31,596 nucleotides of DNA from a virus. Lineage: Duplodnaviria > Caudoviricetes. The notes beneath the pieces are model-generated. The model saw only the letters and a program-made list of their open reading frames with translations. It had not been told where the DNA came from and searched no databases. Positions within the stretch are counted from its first letter, which is position 1. Each line of letters begins with the position of its first letter. This document shows, piece after piece, positions 8,996 through 16,560 of the stretch. The position numbers and the translations under genes were made by a program. The stretch is taken from positions 1-31,596 of IMG/VR virus record IMGVR_UViG_3300044518_000016. One strand, 5' to 3'.

Positions 8996-9127
8996 TCTTC
9001 ACCACCTTCATGAAAGCCCTATATGGGCACGGTGAACGGATTGACTGCGTCCGGCCACCACGCCCGGTGGTGCATGCCGTCTTTCGTTGCGAGAAACGCC
9101 CGCGCGTCCGGCGCGAGCAAAGTGCTG

Positions 9128-9919
9128 CTAGCGCCTGGCGGAACGCTTGGGCCCAAAGCCCAGGTTCACCAGCAGCCCCTTGTTGATGGCCTCCTGAGTC
9201 TGGGCGGGCGTGGCTGCGGCCACGTCCGCTTCGGTCCACTGCCGCGGCCCTTGGGGCGGCGCACCGAACTCCGCCCCGGACTTCGGCACGGACGGCGGCT
9301 CAGGAGCAGGAGGCGCCGTCGGAGCGGGAGGAACAAGCTTGTAGCGCGAATTGGCCTCCGCCGCCGTGGCGATGGCGTCCTTGACCTGCTGGCCGAAGTC
9401 CGGCGCGGACGGGTCCAGCCCGTCGAGGGCGCTGACGAAGGCGCGCGAGTCGAGGAGCGCATTGCCGTCGACCTGCTCAGCCGCAGCAGCACGGAACACC
9501 GCCAGTTCGACAGCGGTCTGCCGGGCACGGGCCTGCTCCGCGTCACGCTCAGACTTGGTCGCATTGAGCTGCTCGGTGAGCTGCTCCGCAGTCGGCGGCT
9601 CGTCGGATACCAGACCTAGCGCCTTCGCCATGGCCTGCCGCTGCTGCTCCTGCGCGGCCTCGAAGGCAGCGAGCCTGTCGCTGTTCTCCTTGGCCTGCAC
9701 ACGGTTGCCCGCGTTCTCATCACGAAGCTTTTTGATCTCCCTCTGTGCCCACGGCGGAAGTTCGTCGACGCTGGCCGCAGGCGTCTGCGGCTGCGCGGGA
9801 GCGGGAGGTGCCGGAGTTACGGATTCCGGCGTGGGTGTCGGCGGCGTTGCGGGCGGCTCCGGTGCGGGAGTCGGCGCGGGCGGTACGGCCGGCGTGGTCT
9901 CGGAGGCGGGTTCGGACAT
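9128..9919 (-). CDS. Capsid scaffolding protein, 263 aa
   Basis: Pro-rich N-terminus, LPPWAQREIKKLRDENAGNR coiled coil, ALLDSRAF, SGAEF motifs. GGAGG RBS before ATG 9919; precedes the major capsid gene. Confidence 0.88.
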   Translation of the reverse strand: MSEPASETTPAVPPAPTPAPEPPATPPTPTPESVTPAPPAPAQPQTPAASVDELPPWAQREIKKLRDENAGNRVQAKENSDRLAAFEAAQEQQRQAMAKALGLVSDEPPTAEQLTEQLNATKSERDAEQARARQTAVELAVFRAAAAEQVDGNALLDSRAFVSALDGLDPSAPDFGQQVKDAIATAAEANSRYKLVPPAPTAPPAPEPPSVPKSGAEFGAPPQGPRQWTEADVAAATPAQTQEAINKGLLVNLGFGPKRSARR

Positions 9920-10027
9920 GATTGCCCTCCTGGGGCGATCGGTGAAGCCCGGCTCCTGGCCGGGCGGTGAAACGCGCCGCTGGGGCGGGCGGTCTGTGGG
10001 GTGGCACGCTTGCCGCCAAGTCGCGCG

Positions 10028-10033
10028 TATGGT
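10028..10033 (+). promoter_or_regulatory. Candidate -10 box (TATGGT) of a leaderless transcript
   Basis: TANNNT 6 nt upstream of ATG 10040, which has no RBS. No clear -35. Confidence 0.5.
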
Positions 10034-10039
10034 CGGGCC

Positions 10040-10330
10040 ATGACGCGGATCGAGCATGGCGACGAGCCAGCCACGTTCATCGGGTTGGCCGGGTCCCTGG
10101 TGCCGGTGAACAGGCAGGCAAGATGCCAGATCGGCCAGCACCACCCGCACCGTTACGAGTGCGGCGGGTGCAACGACGCTGAGTGCGAACTCTCGGGACC
10201 AGGCTCACTGCTCAACTGCTGTCTCTGCGGCGCGCCATGGCCGTGCGAGACCAAGCAAGCCCACGTACAGGCGAGGAAGGAAGGCCCGTCAGCGGCTAGT
10301 GCGCCCGGTGCGGGTGCTCGCGACGCCTGA
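10040..10330 (+). CDS. Small Cys/His-rich protein on the opposite strand, 96 aa
   Basis: HHPH..ECGGC...CCLCGAPWPCET. Fills the gap between the minor capsid and scaffold genes. Confidence 0.6.
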   Translation: MTRIEHGDEPATFIGLAGSLVPVNRQARCQIGQHHPHRYECGGCNDAECELSGPGSLLNCCLCGAPWPCETKQAHVQARKEGPSAASAPGAGARDA

Positions 10331-11420
10331 CGCTGGCCTGCGTCATCCGTAGCCCGGTCCTGCGGCGGTGCGCCTCTGATGCGGCGCGGGCCGTGGCGAG
10401 GTCCCGGCGGGCTCTGGATCTGGCGGCCGGGGTGATCGCGGCGTTCATGCGGCGTCCGGCCTCGCGGACTCGCCGTTCCAATGCCCGCTGCCGCTGGCTC
10501 GCCTTGTACACCGCGACGGCCCGGTCGGGTGGCACCGGGTTGGTCACGTCCGCCATGACCCCAGCGCCAACCGGGGTCCAATAGCACCGGCACGACGGGT
10601 GCCGAAACCCGGTGGCCTTGGCGTCCTCAAGGGTCGGTAGGCCGCGGGTGGATCCGGTGAGGGAGAGAGTGCGGCCGAGCCAGGGCAGGCAGTGGCGGCA
10701 CGATCCTTCGGTGCTGTGCGTGCTCACCACGACGAGGTCTAGGCCGGAGCGGGCCATGGCACTGGCCTGGAGGTCGTCCCAGGCGTTGGAGACGGCGGTA
10801 CGGGTGGCCATCTCGACGTAGGAGACGAGGTTCCAGCGGCGTCCGGCCCGGTCGACGAAGCCGGTGATGCCTTGGTCGGCAAGGTCGTTGAGGGCCGTCT
10901 GCGCGGCCTGGATTCGGGACAGCGACAGGGTGCTGTACGGTGCGCCCCCGCGGGTGGACGCGATGGCCTGCTCGACAGCCTGCCGTTGCGGGGACAGCAC
11001 GGCCTCGGCGGCAGTGCTCACGGTCTCGGGCGCCGGAATTCCGGTGATCGAGGTGAGGGCATCCTGCGCGCTATCGGCGGCCGTCGAGAGTGCCGCGTCG
11101 AGGGCCTGCACGAGCGGCTCTACGTCAGGTGCTTCGTCGTCCGCCGCCCCGGTGTGGGCTGTGGCGCCACGCAGGCCGTCCTCGATGACGGCCTGGATCC
11201 TCGGTGCGGCTCGGGCGACCACCACCCGAACGGTGCGCTCCAACTGCCGGGCCGCCAACGCTGCCGGCATCATGCCGGCGGCTGTCTTGCGGCCGAGCCC
11301 GGCGATTGTCGCGATCAGGAGTAGCTCGACGCTGGCGACGACCGTCGCTACCTGGTCGGCGACAGCCTGGGCGTGGTCCTCCCGGTCGTCACCTGGAGTG
11401 GATGGGAGCGGCGTTGCCAT
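10296..11420 (-). CDS. Phage minor capsid protein (Phage_min_cap2-like)
   Basis: GITGFVDRAGRRWNLVSYVEMATRT, SCRHCLPWLGR, GFRHPSCRC, QRQRALERRVR signatures. Confidence 0.9.
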   Translation of the reverse strand: MATPLPSTPGDDREDHAQAVADQVATVVASVELLLIATIAGLGRKTAAGMMPAALAARQLERTVRVVVARAAPRIQAVIEDGLRGATAHTGAADDEAPDVEPLVQALDAALSTAADSAQDALTSITGIPAPETVSTAAEAVLSPQRQAVEQAIASTRGGAPYSTLSLSRIQAAQTALNDLADQGITGFVDRAGRRWNLVSYVEMATRTAVSNAWDDLQASAMARSGLDLVVVSTHSTEGSCRHCLPWLGRTLSLTGSTRGLPTLEDAKATGFRHPSCRCYWTPVGAGVMADVTNPVPPDRAVAVYKASQRQRALERRVREAGRRMNAAITPAARSRARRDLATARAASEAHRRRTGLRMTQASVRRREHPHRAH

Positions 11421-11715
11421 CGGTGAGGATCTTCGTAGACAGGTCTCTCAGGCCCTTAATGCCCTCGGTGACGGCCTGCTCGATCTGCTCGCCGCTCGGG
11501 ATGACGGACGGGATCGTGGCGATGTGCACGAGGGGTCCACGGCCGAGCAGCGGTGACCGTGTCGTGAAGATGAGCGCCCAGACGGGCATCACGCCGGTCG
11601 GGGACTGCGCGAGCTGCATGCTGACGTCGACGCCGTAGTCCTCGCCGAAGCATTGCTGCTCGATCGCGGCGAGAATCGCCGTGCGGACCTTGGCGGCGTT
11701 GTCGATCGCGGCCAT
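11389..11715 (-). CDS. Hypothetical protein, 108 aa
   Basis: TGATG-coupled to the upstream ORF; globular-looking composition. Confidence 0.7.
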   Translation of the reverse strand: MAAIDNAAKVRTAILAAIEQQCFGEDYGVDVSMQLAQSPTGVMPVWALIFTTRSPLLGRGPLVHIATIPSVIPSGEQIEQAVTEGIKGLRDLSTKILTDGNAAPIHSR

Positions 11716-11957
11716 CAGTTCACCGCCTCATAGATCTTGGTGAAGTGCTCTGCCTTGACCGGGGCCGTCTGACCATCGGAGTGCTTGACGATCCAGTCGC
11801 CCCATTCGTAGCTCACGCCGCCCATGTCGACCGCGCAGAACGTTGTCGGGGAATCCGTGAGCGGCAGCCCGAGGAACGCGAAGACCTCAGCCGTGTTCTC
11901 GGGCCCGGTCCAGTGGATGGCCTCCACCTCGACGGGCCTCTTGCGGTAGCGGCCCAT
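11715..11957 (-). CDS. Small phage protein of the YRK(K/R)PVEVEA...GDWIVK...F.K.YE family, 80 aa
   Basis: MGRYRKRPVEVEAIHWTG...GDWIVKHSDGQTAPVKAEHFTKIYE; TGATG coupling. Confidence 0.8.
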   Translation of the reverse strand: MGRYRKRPVEVEAIHWTGPENTAEVFAFLGLPLTDSPTTFCAVDMGGVSYEWGDWIVKHSDGQTAPVKAEHFTKIYEAVN

Positions 11958-12154
11958 CAGTTCACCGCCTTCATGACGCGCAGGGTGCTGTTGTCGATGC
12001 GGACGATCCAGTCGTCGAAGTGGGCGCGCACCGTTCCCTCGGACGTCTCGACCAGCAGGCAGAGGGAGTTGGGGTCGACTCTCACGGCGTCCCCGAACTC
12101 GCGTTGGACTTCCTGGGCTGAGGCGGCATCGGTGAACTTGACGGCGTCGGCCAT
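11957..12154 (-). CDS. Shorter paralog-like protein of the same family, 65 aa
   Basis: MADAVKFTD...LLVETSEGTVRAHFDDWIVR; TGATG coupling on both sides. Confidence 0.7.
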   Translation of the reverse strand: MADAVKFTDAASAQEVQREFGDAVRVDPNSLCLLVETSEGTVRAHFDDWIVRIDNSTLRVMKAVN

Positions 12155-12348
12155 CAGTCCTCGTTTCCGTAGCAGCAGGTGCAGGCGCGGTCGTTGCAGC
12201 GGGCGCACTGGCCACGCCCGCAGCGGATGCACACGAACTCCCGGCGATCGGCCTGACTCGGCTGGTGCGGCGGCTGAAGGACCGGCAGGTCGCCGTACCG
12301 GTCCTTGATGTACGCCATGCCAGCGCGCACGTTGTCCGCTGGAGTCAC
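12154..12348 (-). CDS. Small Cys-rich protein, 64 aa
   Basis: CIRCGRGQCARCNDRACTCC; GTGA-coupled to the upstream ORF. Confidence 0.65.
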   Translation of the reverse strand: MTPADNVRAGMAYIKDRYGDLPVLQPPHQPSQADRREFVCIRCGRGQCARCNDRACTCCYGNED

Positions 12349-12497
12349 GTCCGGTCCCGCTTGCCCAGCCGCCGGTTCCCGGCATCCGCACGATCGAAGA
12401 TCGACTTGCCGGTCTTGGGCGACGACAGATCCTGCACAGCCGACTTCGGCGGCTTCGCGCCCGACTGCTTCACCGTCTTCGTCTTCTTGCTGGCCAT
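12345..12497 (-). CDS. Small basic protein, 50 aa
   Basis: Manual: MASKKTKTVKQSGAKPPKSAVQDLSSPKTGKSIFDRADAGNRRLGKRDRT*. Coupled at both ends. Confidence 0.7.
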   Translation of the reverse strand: MASKKTKTVKQSGAKPPKSAVQDLSSPKTGKSIFDRADAGNRRLGKRDRT

Positions 12498-12796
12498 CAG
12501 TAACGTGCTCCTCCGCCGATCCACTTCGTTCCCTGCGAGTACGGGCCCGGCGCCTGCACTGCCACGCCCGTGTACTCCTCGTCGGACACCTGCCGGTCGG
12601 CGGGAGGATTCGGGTTGCCGCCGACGGTGGTCGGATAGCCGCCCGGCGGCTCCGTCATGGATGCGTCCGGCCGGTCACGGTGCCGCTGCAGGTCCCCGGA
12701 CAGGTCACGCGGACCCGCGCCCGGCGCTATCGATGGCACATGCTTGCCGGGCGCGTTCGGGAGCGCCTCATCCGGGCCCGTGGTCACGACGGTCAC
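12497..12796 (-). CDS. Small Pro/Gly-rich disordered protein, 99 aa
   Basis: GTGA and TGATG coupling to its neighbours. Confidence 0.65.
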   Translation of the reverse strand: MTVVTTGPDEALPNAPGKHVPSIAPGAGPRDLSGDLQRHRDRPDASMTEPPGGYPTTVGGNPNPPADRQVSDEEYTGVAVQAPGPYSQGTKWIGGGARY

Positions 12797-12984
12797 ATCC
12801 CGTCGTTGTCCGCGTCGCCCGAGGTGGCGGGCTGGTTGGACTGCATGGTCGGACCGGCGCAGTCACCAGTGCCCGGCATCGGCCCGGATCCCTGGACGTG
12901 CTTGCCGACCCGGTCGGACGCGTCCTGCGCGCCGTGCCCCGGAACGGAACTCTGCACGGCCTTGCCGCTGTCCCCGATCGCCAT
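12793..12984 (-). CDS. Small Gly/Asp-rich disordered protein, 63 aa
   Basis: AAGGGG RBS; coupled to the next ORF. Confidence 0.65.
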   Translation of the reverse strand: MAIGDSGKAVQSSVPGHGAQDASDRVGKHVQGSGPMPGTGDCAGPTMQSNQPATSGDADNDGM

Positions 12985-13006
12985 GATGATCCCCTTCTTC
13001 CTCTGG

Positions 13007-13252
13007 TTACTTGCCCTTGCCGCGGTTCTTCGCCGCAGTCTTACGGCCGGTCTTCAGGACGTTCTGCGCGAAGTTCGCCTGCTTCTGAGCCTTCGGCCCG
13101 TAGGCGCCCTTCGCGGCAGCCGCTACCTTCTTCGCGGGGATCGGCTTGTCGGCCGGCACGCCGAGGGAGCGGTGAAGGCCGCCCTTCTCGAATGTGATCG
13201 GCTTCTTCCCGGCGGACTTGATCGTCTGGGTCTTCTTACGGGCCGCAGCCAT
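13007..13252 (-). CDS. Small Lys/Ala-rich basic protein, 81 aa
   Basis: KGGLHRSLGVPADKPIPAKK motif, recalled from small basic phage proteins. GAGGAG RBS right after the portal gene. Confidence 0.75.
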   Translation of the reverse strand: MAAARKKTQTIKSAGKKPITFEKGGLHRSLGVPADKPIPAKKVAAAAKGAYGPKAQKQANFAQNVLKTGRKTAAKNRGKGK

Positions 13253-13254
13253 GG

Positions 13255-14985
13255 CTACTCCTCGTCGCCTGTATCGCCGGTCTCAAGCCACGCCGCAGAC
13301 GGCGCAGACTCGGGATCTGCGAGCTCCTGAATTTCCTGGGCGATCGTCTCGGTGCTGTTCATCGGCGGCTGCAGCATGACCCGGGCGCGGTTGGCGAGGT
13401 CGAGGCCCGTCTCGGCGTAGATCATGCGGACCTCGTTGCGGACCTCTTCCTCGGACCAGTCCGGGTGCACCATCCGGACGAGCGTCTCCTTAGAGGCCGC
13501 ATCGGCCATGGCCAGCGTCGATGCAGTCTGCGCAAGCTCCAACTGGTCCGGGAGCACAACCTCGGGGAACTCGACCTCGGGCCGCTCCGGGGTGACGCTC
13601 GCGTCGTTGAAGATGCTGCGCTTGACCGCCAGCCAGCCGTACAAGATGTCCCGGATGCCCGGCCGCCAGTACAGCACCTTCTTGTTCCGGGTGATCAGGG
13701 TCTTGCGCTCCCGGGCGCGGATCTCCGTCGCCGTCATCGCGCTGCCTGTGCCGTCGTACTCGCCGAATGTCTGCCCTGAGTAGCCGGCGCCCTGCACGAT
13801 CCGGTTGACGTACTCGGCGCAGGTGGCCTGGTGCTCCTGCCAGCGAATCTGGAACTGGTTGGCCATGATGTCGCCCGTGCCGCCCGCCGACGTCATCATC
13901 GAGATCGGCGAATACACCTGCCGGTCAGGGTCGAACACTGCGCCCTTGCCGCGGCCGATATTGTCGAGCATCTGCTGCGGCACGATCAGCCGAGCCTTGG
14001 CGAGGCGAATGTCCCTCTGCCAGCTGGAGTACGTCTCGTCGAGGGCGTCCATGATGGACTCGACCCCGGCGAAGTCTGAGCGGCCCAGTGGTGCGACCTG
14101 CGGGCCGAGGTCACGCCACAGCTTGTTGGGCAGCATGTTGGGGATGTAGACGACCGTGGACGCGCTGAACGGCATGTCCGGGAATGTGATCGCATTGCCG
14201 GAGCTGAGGTACTGCGCAAAGCTCGCCGTCTCGGGGAAGTCCGTGAGCGGGTACACGCGCCCCAGGTCAGTCTGATCACCGACATAGACATTGTGGAAGA
14301 TCGCGTTCTGTCCGGGAACGTGAGTCTCCAAGTGACGGACGACTTCACTGCCATCGTCGGAGATGATCCGCCAGAAGGTGACGCCCATCAGCTTGCCGTG
14401 CGAGAAATACGGCACCGCAGTATCGGCAGGCACCACGTCGATCATCGGCTGGTCGGACACGTCGGTGTCCCACACAGTGCGCAGGTAGACGCCGCCAAGC
14501 GCCGAGCAGGTCTCCGCGCTCTCCAGCAGCTTGGCGTGAAAGCCGTCGTCTATGAACTCGTCGAGAGCATCCTGGTTCGCCGGGTTGCTGGCGGTGATGA
14601 CAGGCGGCTTCGAGAACAGCAGATCCGCGCTGGTAGCCGCGATGTCCGAGGCGATTGGCACGTGCATCTTGGTGCGCTTCTCGCCAGGCGGGACTGGGCT
14701 TCCATGGAAGGAGTAGTTGATGCTGCCGAGGAGACCGCCACGGAACTGACCCGGGCGCGGGATCGGTAGGCCGGGTTCGCCGGTGGTGGCGAAGAAAGAA
14801 CGACCAACCGGACTATTTGCACCCAAATTATAGTAAACCCAGCTCAGCTGGTCCTTGTCCCCCGACCACCAGGCATTCCAGATCCTCCACTGGAACGTGA
14901 TCGGGTTCATTTCTGGCGGGGGCCAGGGACGGTTGGTGGTCGGGATGAGCATTGCCATCCTGTTGTCCACGACAGGCGTGGTCAC
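13255..14985 (-). CDS. Portal protein (SPP1 gp6/A118-like)
   Basis: HVPIASDIAATSADLLF, ALGGVYLR, YIPNMLPN, LGRSDF, DALDETYSSW..DIRLAKARL, TATEI motifs. GTG at 14985 overlaps the upstream TGA. Confidence 0.93.
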   Translation of the reverse strand: MTTPVVDNRMAMLIPTTNRPWPPPEMNPITFQWRIWNAWWSGDKDQLSWVYYNLGANSPVGRSFFATTGEPGLPIPRPGQFRGGLLGSINYSFHGSPVPPGEKRTKMHVPIASDIAATSADLLFSKPPVITASNPANQDALDEFIDDGFHAKLLESAETCSALGGVYLRTVWDTDVSDQPMIDVVPADTAVPYFSHGKLMGVTFWRIISDDGSEVVRHLETHVPGQNAIFHNVYVGDQTDLGRVYPLTDFPETASFAQYLSSGNAITFPDMPFSASTVVYIPNMLPNKLWRDLGPQVAPLGRSDFAGVESIMDALDETYSSWQRDIRLAKARLIVPQQMLDNIGRGKGAVFDPDRQVYSPISMMTSAGGTGDIMANQFQIRWQEHQATCAEYVNRIVQGAGYSGQTFGEYDGTGSAMTATEIRARERKTLITRNKKVLYWRPGIRDILYGWLAVKRSIFNDASVTPERPEVEFPEVVLPDQLELAQTASTLAMADAASKETLVRMVHPDWSEEEVRNEVRMIYAETGLDLANRARVMLQPPMNSTETIAQEIQELADPESAPSAAWLETGDTGDEE

Positions 14986-15434
14986 CCGGCATCCCCCCAA
15001 TCCTCTGCGATGACGACGCCGTTTTCAGCAGCCCAAACACGACGGTGAGCCCGAGTGCAGAAGACGAAGCGCCACGTGCCGTCGGCGCCCTCGATGGCGT
15101 GCTCGTTCCGGAAAAGCCCCGGCCGAGCACAGTCGCCATAGGCACACAAGCGCGGCGTGAGGCCGCTTCGGCGACAGGCCCAGGCATGAAGTGCGCGCCA
15201 GCAGCCGATCAGCGGGCGAGGGCGCCGCCGCGGCAGCGCCGGATACGAAGCGACCTCAACCGATGGTCGGTCGTGGCCCGTGCCGCAGCCGGGGCAGATC
15301 TCCAGGACGGCACCCAGTGGTGCGCCGAGGCTGCCGATGTGCAGCGGCACCCGGACACGGGACGGGAGTTGACATACCTGACACCAGCAATGGAGTTCAG
15401 GTTCGCCGGCCACGATCGGTGGCGTCCGCCGCAT
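14982..15434 (-). CDS. Hypothetical protein with two putative Zn-binding modules, 150 aa
   Basis: CQVC...CPGC and CAYGDC...FCTRAH; coupled to the portal gene. Confidence 0.65.
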   Translation of the reverse strand: MRRTPPIVAGEPELHCWCQVCQLPSRVRVPLHIGSLGAPLGAVLEICPGCGTGHDRPSVEVASYPALPRRRPRPLIGCWRALHAWACRRSGLTPRLCAYGDCARPGLFRNEHAIEGADGTWRFVFCTRAHRRVWAAENGVVIAEDWGDAG

Positions 15435-15446
15435 GGTTCCCCTCGG

Positions 15447-16148
15447 TCAGGTGGTGTTGTCCGTGATGAGGCCGAGAGCGGCGAGCGCGCTGATCAGCGA
15501 TGCGAGTGCGGCGTTGCCGCCCTTCGCGCCGGTCACCGTCTGGCGGCCTGCTGCTGTGGCGCCGAAGAATCCGACGGTGCCGACCAGGTTGAAGGCGCCG
15601 TTGACCTGCCCGGCCTGCATCGTCGTGTAGTAGGTGAAGTTCTTGTTGCCCGCGATGGTCTGGTTGGTGGTGAGGTCGACGAAGTTCTGGGTGGCCGACC
15701 CGGTGCCGCCCTGGGCTACTGGGAGCGGTGCCGTGAGGTGCGTGCTGGTGACGGTCGGATTGGGGTAGGCGCCGCCGAGGTCCCCGCCTGCCGTGTTGCC
15801 GACGTTGACCGGCTCGACCCATGTCGCGGCGCCGACGGTGACGTTGGTGGCGAGCCACACGCGGCCGGTGCTGGTGTTGACCCAGAGGGAGCCGACGCCG
15901 TATCCGGCGGAACTGTCGCTGTTGACGGTGGGATCGGTGGTGGCGCCGAAGTTGCCGCGCGGGCCGGTGAACGCGTGCGAGCTACCCCACGCTCCAGCGG
16001 TCTTGGGCCCGTAGTAGACGTTGGTGGCGGTGACGTCGAGGTAGAAGTCCCCGTCGAAACCGACCGAGTTGGACGGGGCGCCGGTCCCGGAGAGCCATCC
16101 GTTGCCGCGCGGCCCGCTGGTGCCACCCGAAGAGACGATCACGTTCAC
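15447..16148 (-). CDS. Fibre-like virion protein, 233 aa
   Basis: GTGAPSNSVGFDGDFYLD...YGPK, DPTVNSDSSAGYGVGSLWVNT, AGGDLGGAYPNPTV, LPVAQGGTG and C-terminal GGNAALASLISALAALGLI are fibre-type modules. GGAGG RBS before GTG 16148. Confidence 0.8.
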   Translation of the reverse strand: MNVIVSSGGTSGPRGNGWLSGTGAPSNSVGFDGDFYLDVTATNVYYGPKTAGAWGSSHAFTGPRGNFGATTDPTVNSDSSAGYGVGSLWVNTSTGRVWLATNVTVGAATWVEPVNVGNTAGGDLGGAYPNPTVTSTHLTAPLPVAQGGTGSATQNFVDLTTNQTIAGNKNFTYYTTMQAGQVNGAFNLVGTVGFFGATAAGRQTVTGAKGGNAALASLISALAALGLITDNTT

Positions 16149-16167
16149 GACTGACGCCTCCCTCCGG

Positions 16168-16542
16168 TCACGACGCTGGAGCGGTCTGACAGAAGAACGG
16201 GCCGGACAGAACGACTGTGGCGTCGGACAGGCCAGGATCCATCCACAGGGAATGCCAAGCACCCGTCGCGGGGATGCCGGCGGTTGCGGTCGGCGCGAGA
16301 ACCACCTGCACAGTGCTGCCCGCAGTAGTGACGGTGACGGAGCCCTGAGACGTTGCCCCTGTGCTGGTGACCTTGACGAGCGGGGTGGGGCTCGTGTCGG
16401 TCGCAGAGGCACGGACGACGAACTCGAACGTCTTGGACGTGATATCCATCAGCGTGCCGTCGTCGTTCTGCAGCGTGAACGAGGTCACCCACTGGGATCC
16501 GGAGGTTGCGTTCGCCGCCCACAACTCGCTCGGATCTGCCAC
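16168..16542 (-). CDS. Beta-sandwich protein (BppU-N-like fibre adaptor candidate), 124 aa
   Basis: GSQWVTSFTLQNDDGTLMDITSKTFEFVVR...VQVVLAPTATA...WHSLWM...VLSGPF pattern; adjacent to the fibre gene. Confidence 0.6.
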   Translation of the reverse strand: MADPSELWAANATSGSQWVTSFTLQNDDGTLMDITSKTFEFVVRASATDTSPTPLVKVTSTGATSQGSVTVTTAGSTVQVVLAPTATAGIPATGAWHSLWMDPGLSDATVVLSGPFFCQTAPAS

Positions 16543-16560
16543 GGCTCACCCCCAGCGGTC

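Noticed and set aside
7311-9239. 642-aa minus-strand ORF as a single gene or capsid fusion
   Set aside because: Off-frame overlap of the capsid and decoration genes; only the last 108 codons look like real protein, and no slippery site was seen.
10002-10013. TGGCAC...TTGC as a sigma54 promoter
   Set aside because: The -24/-12 spacing is too short, and sigma54 is not expected in this host group.
12345-12984. Small disordered ORFs as RiPP precursors
   Set aside because: No modifying enzyme, protease or transporter genes in the window.
14952-16154. 400-aa plus-strand ORF
   Set aside because: Antisense shadow of the fibre and Zn-protein genes.
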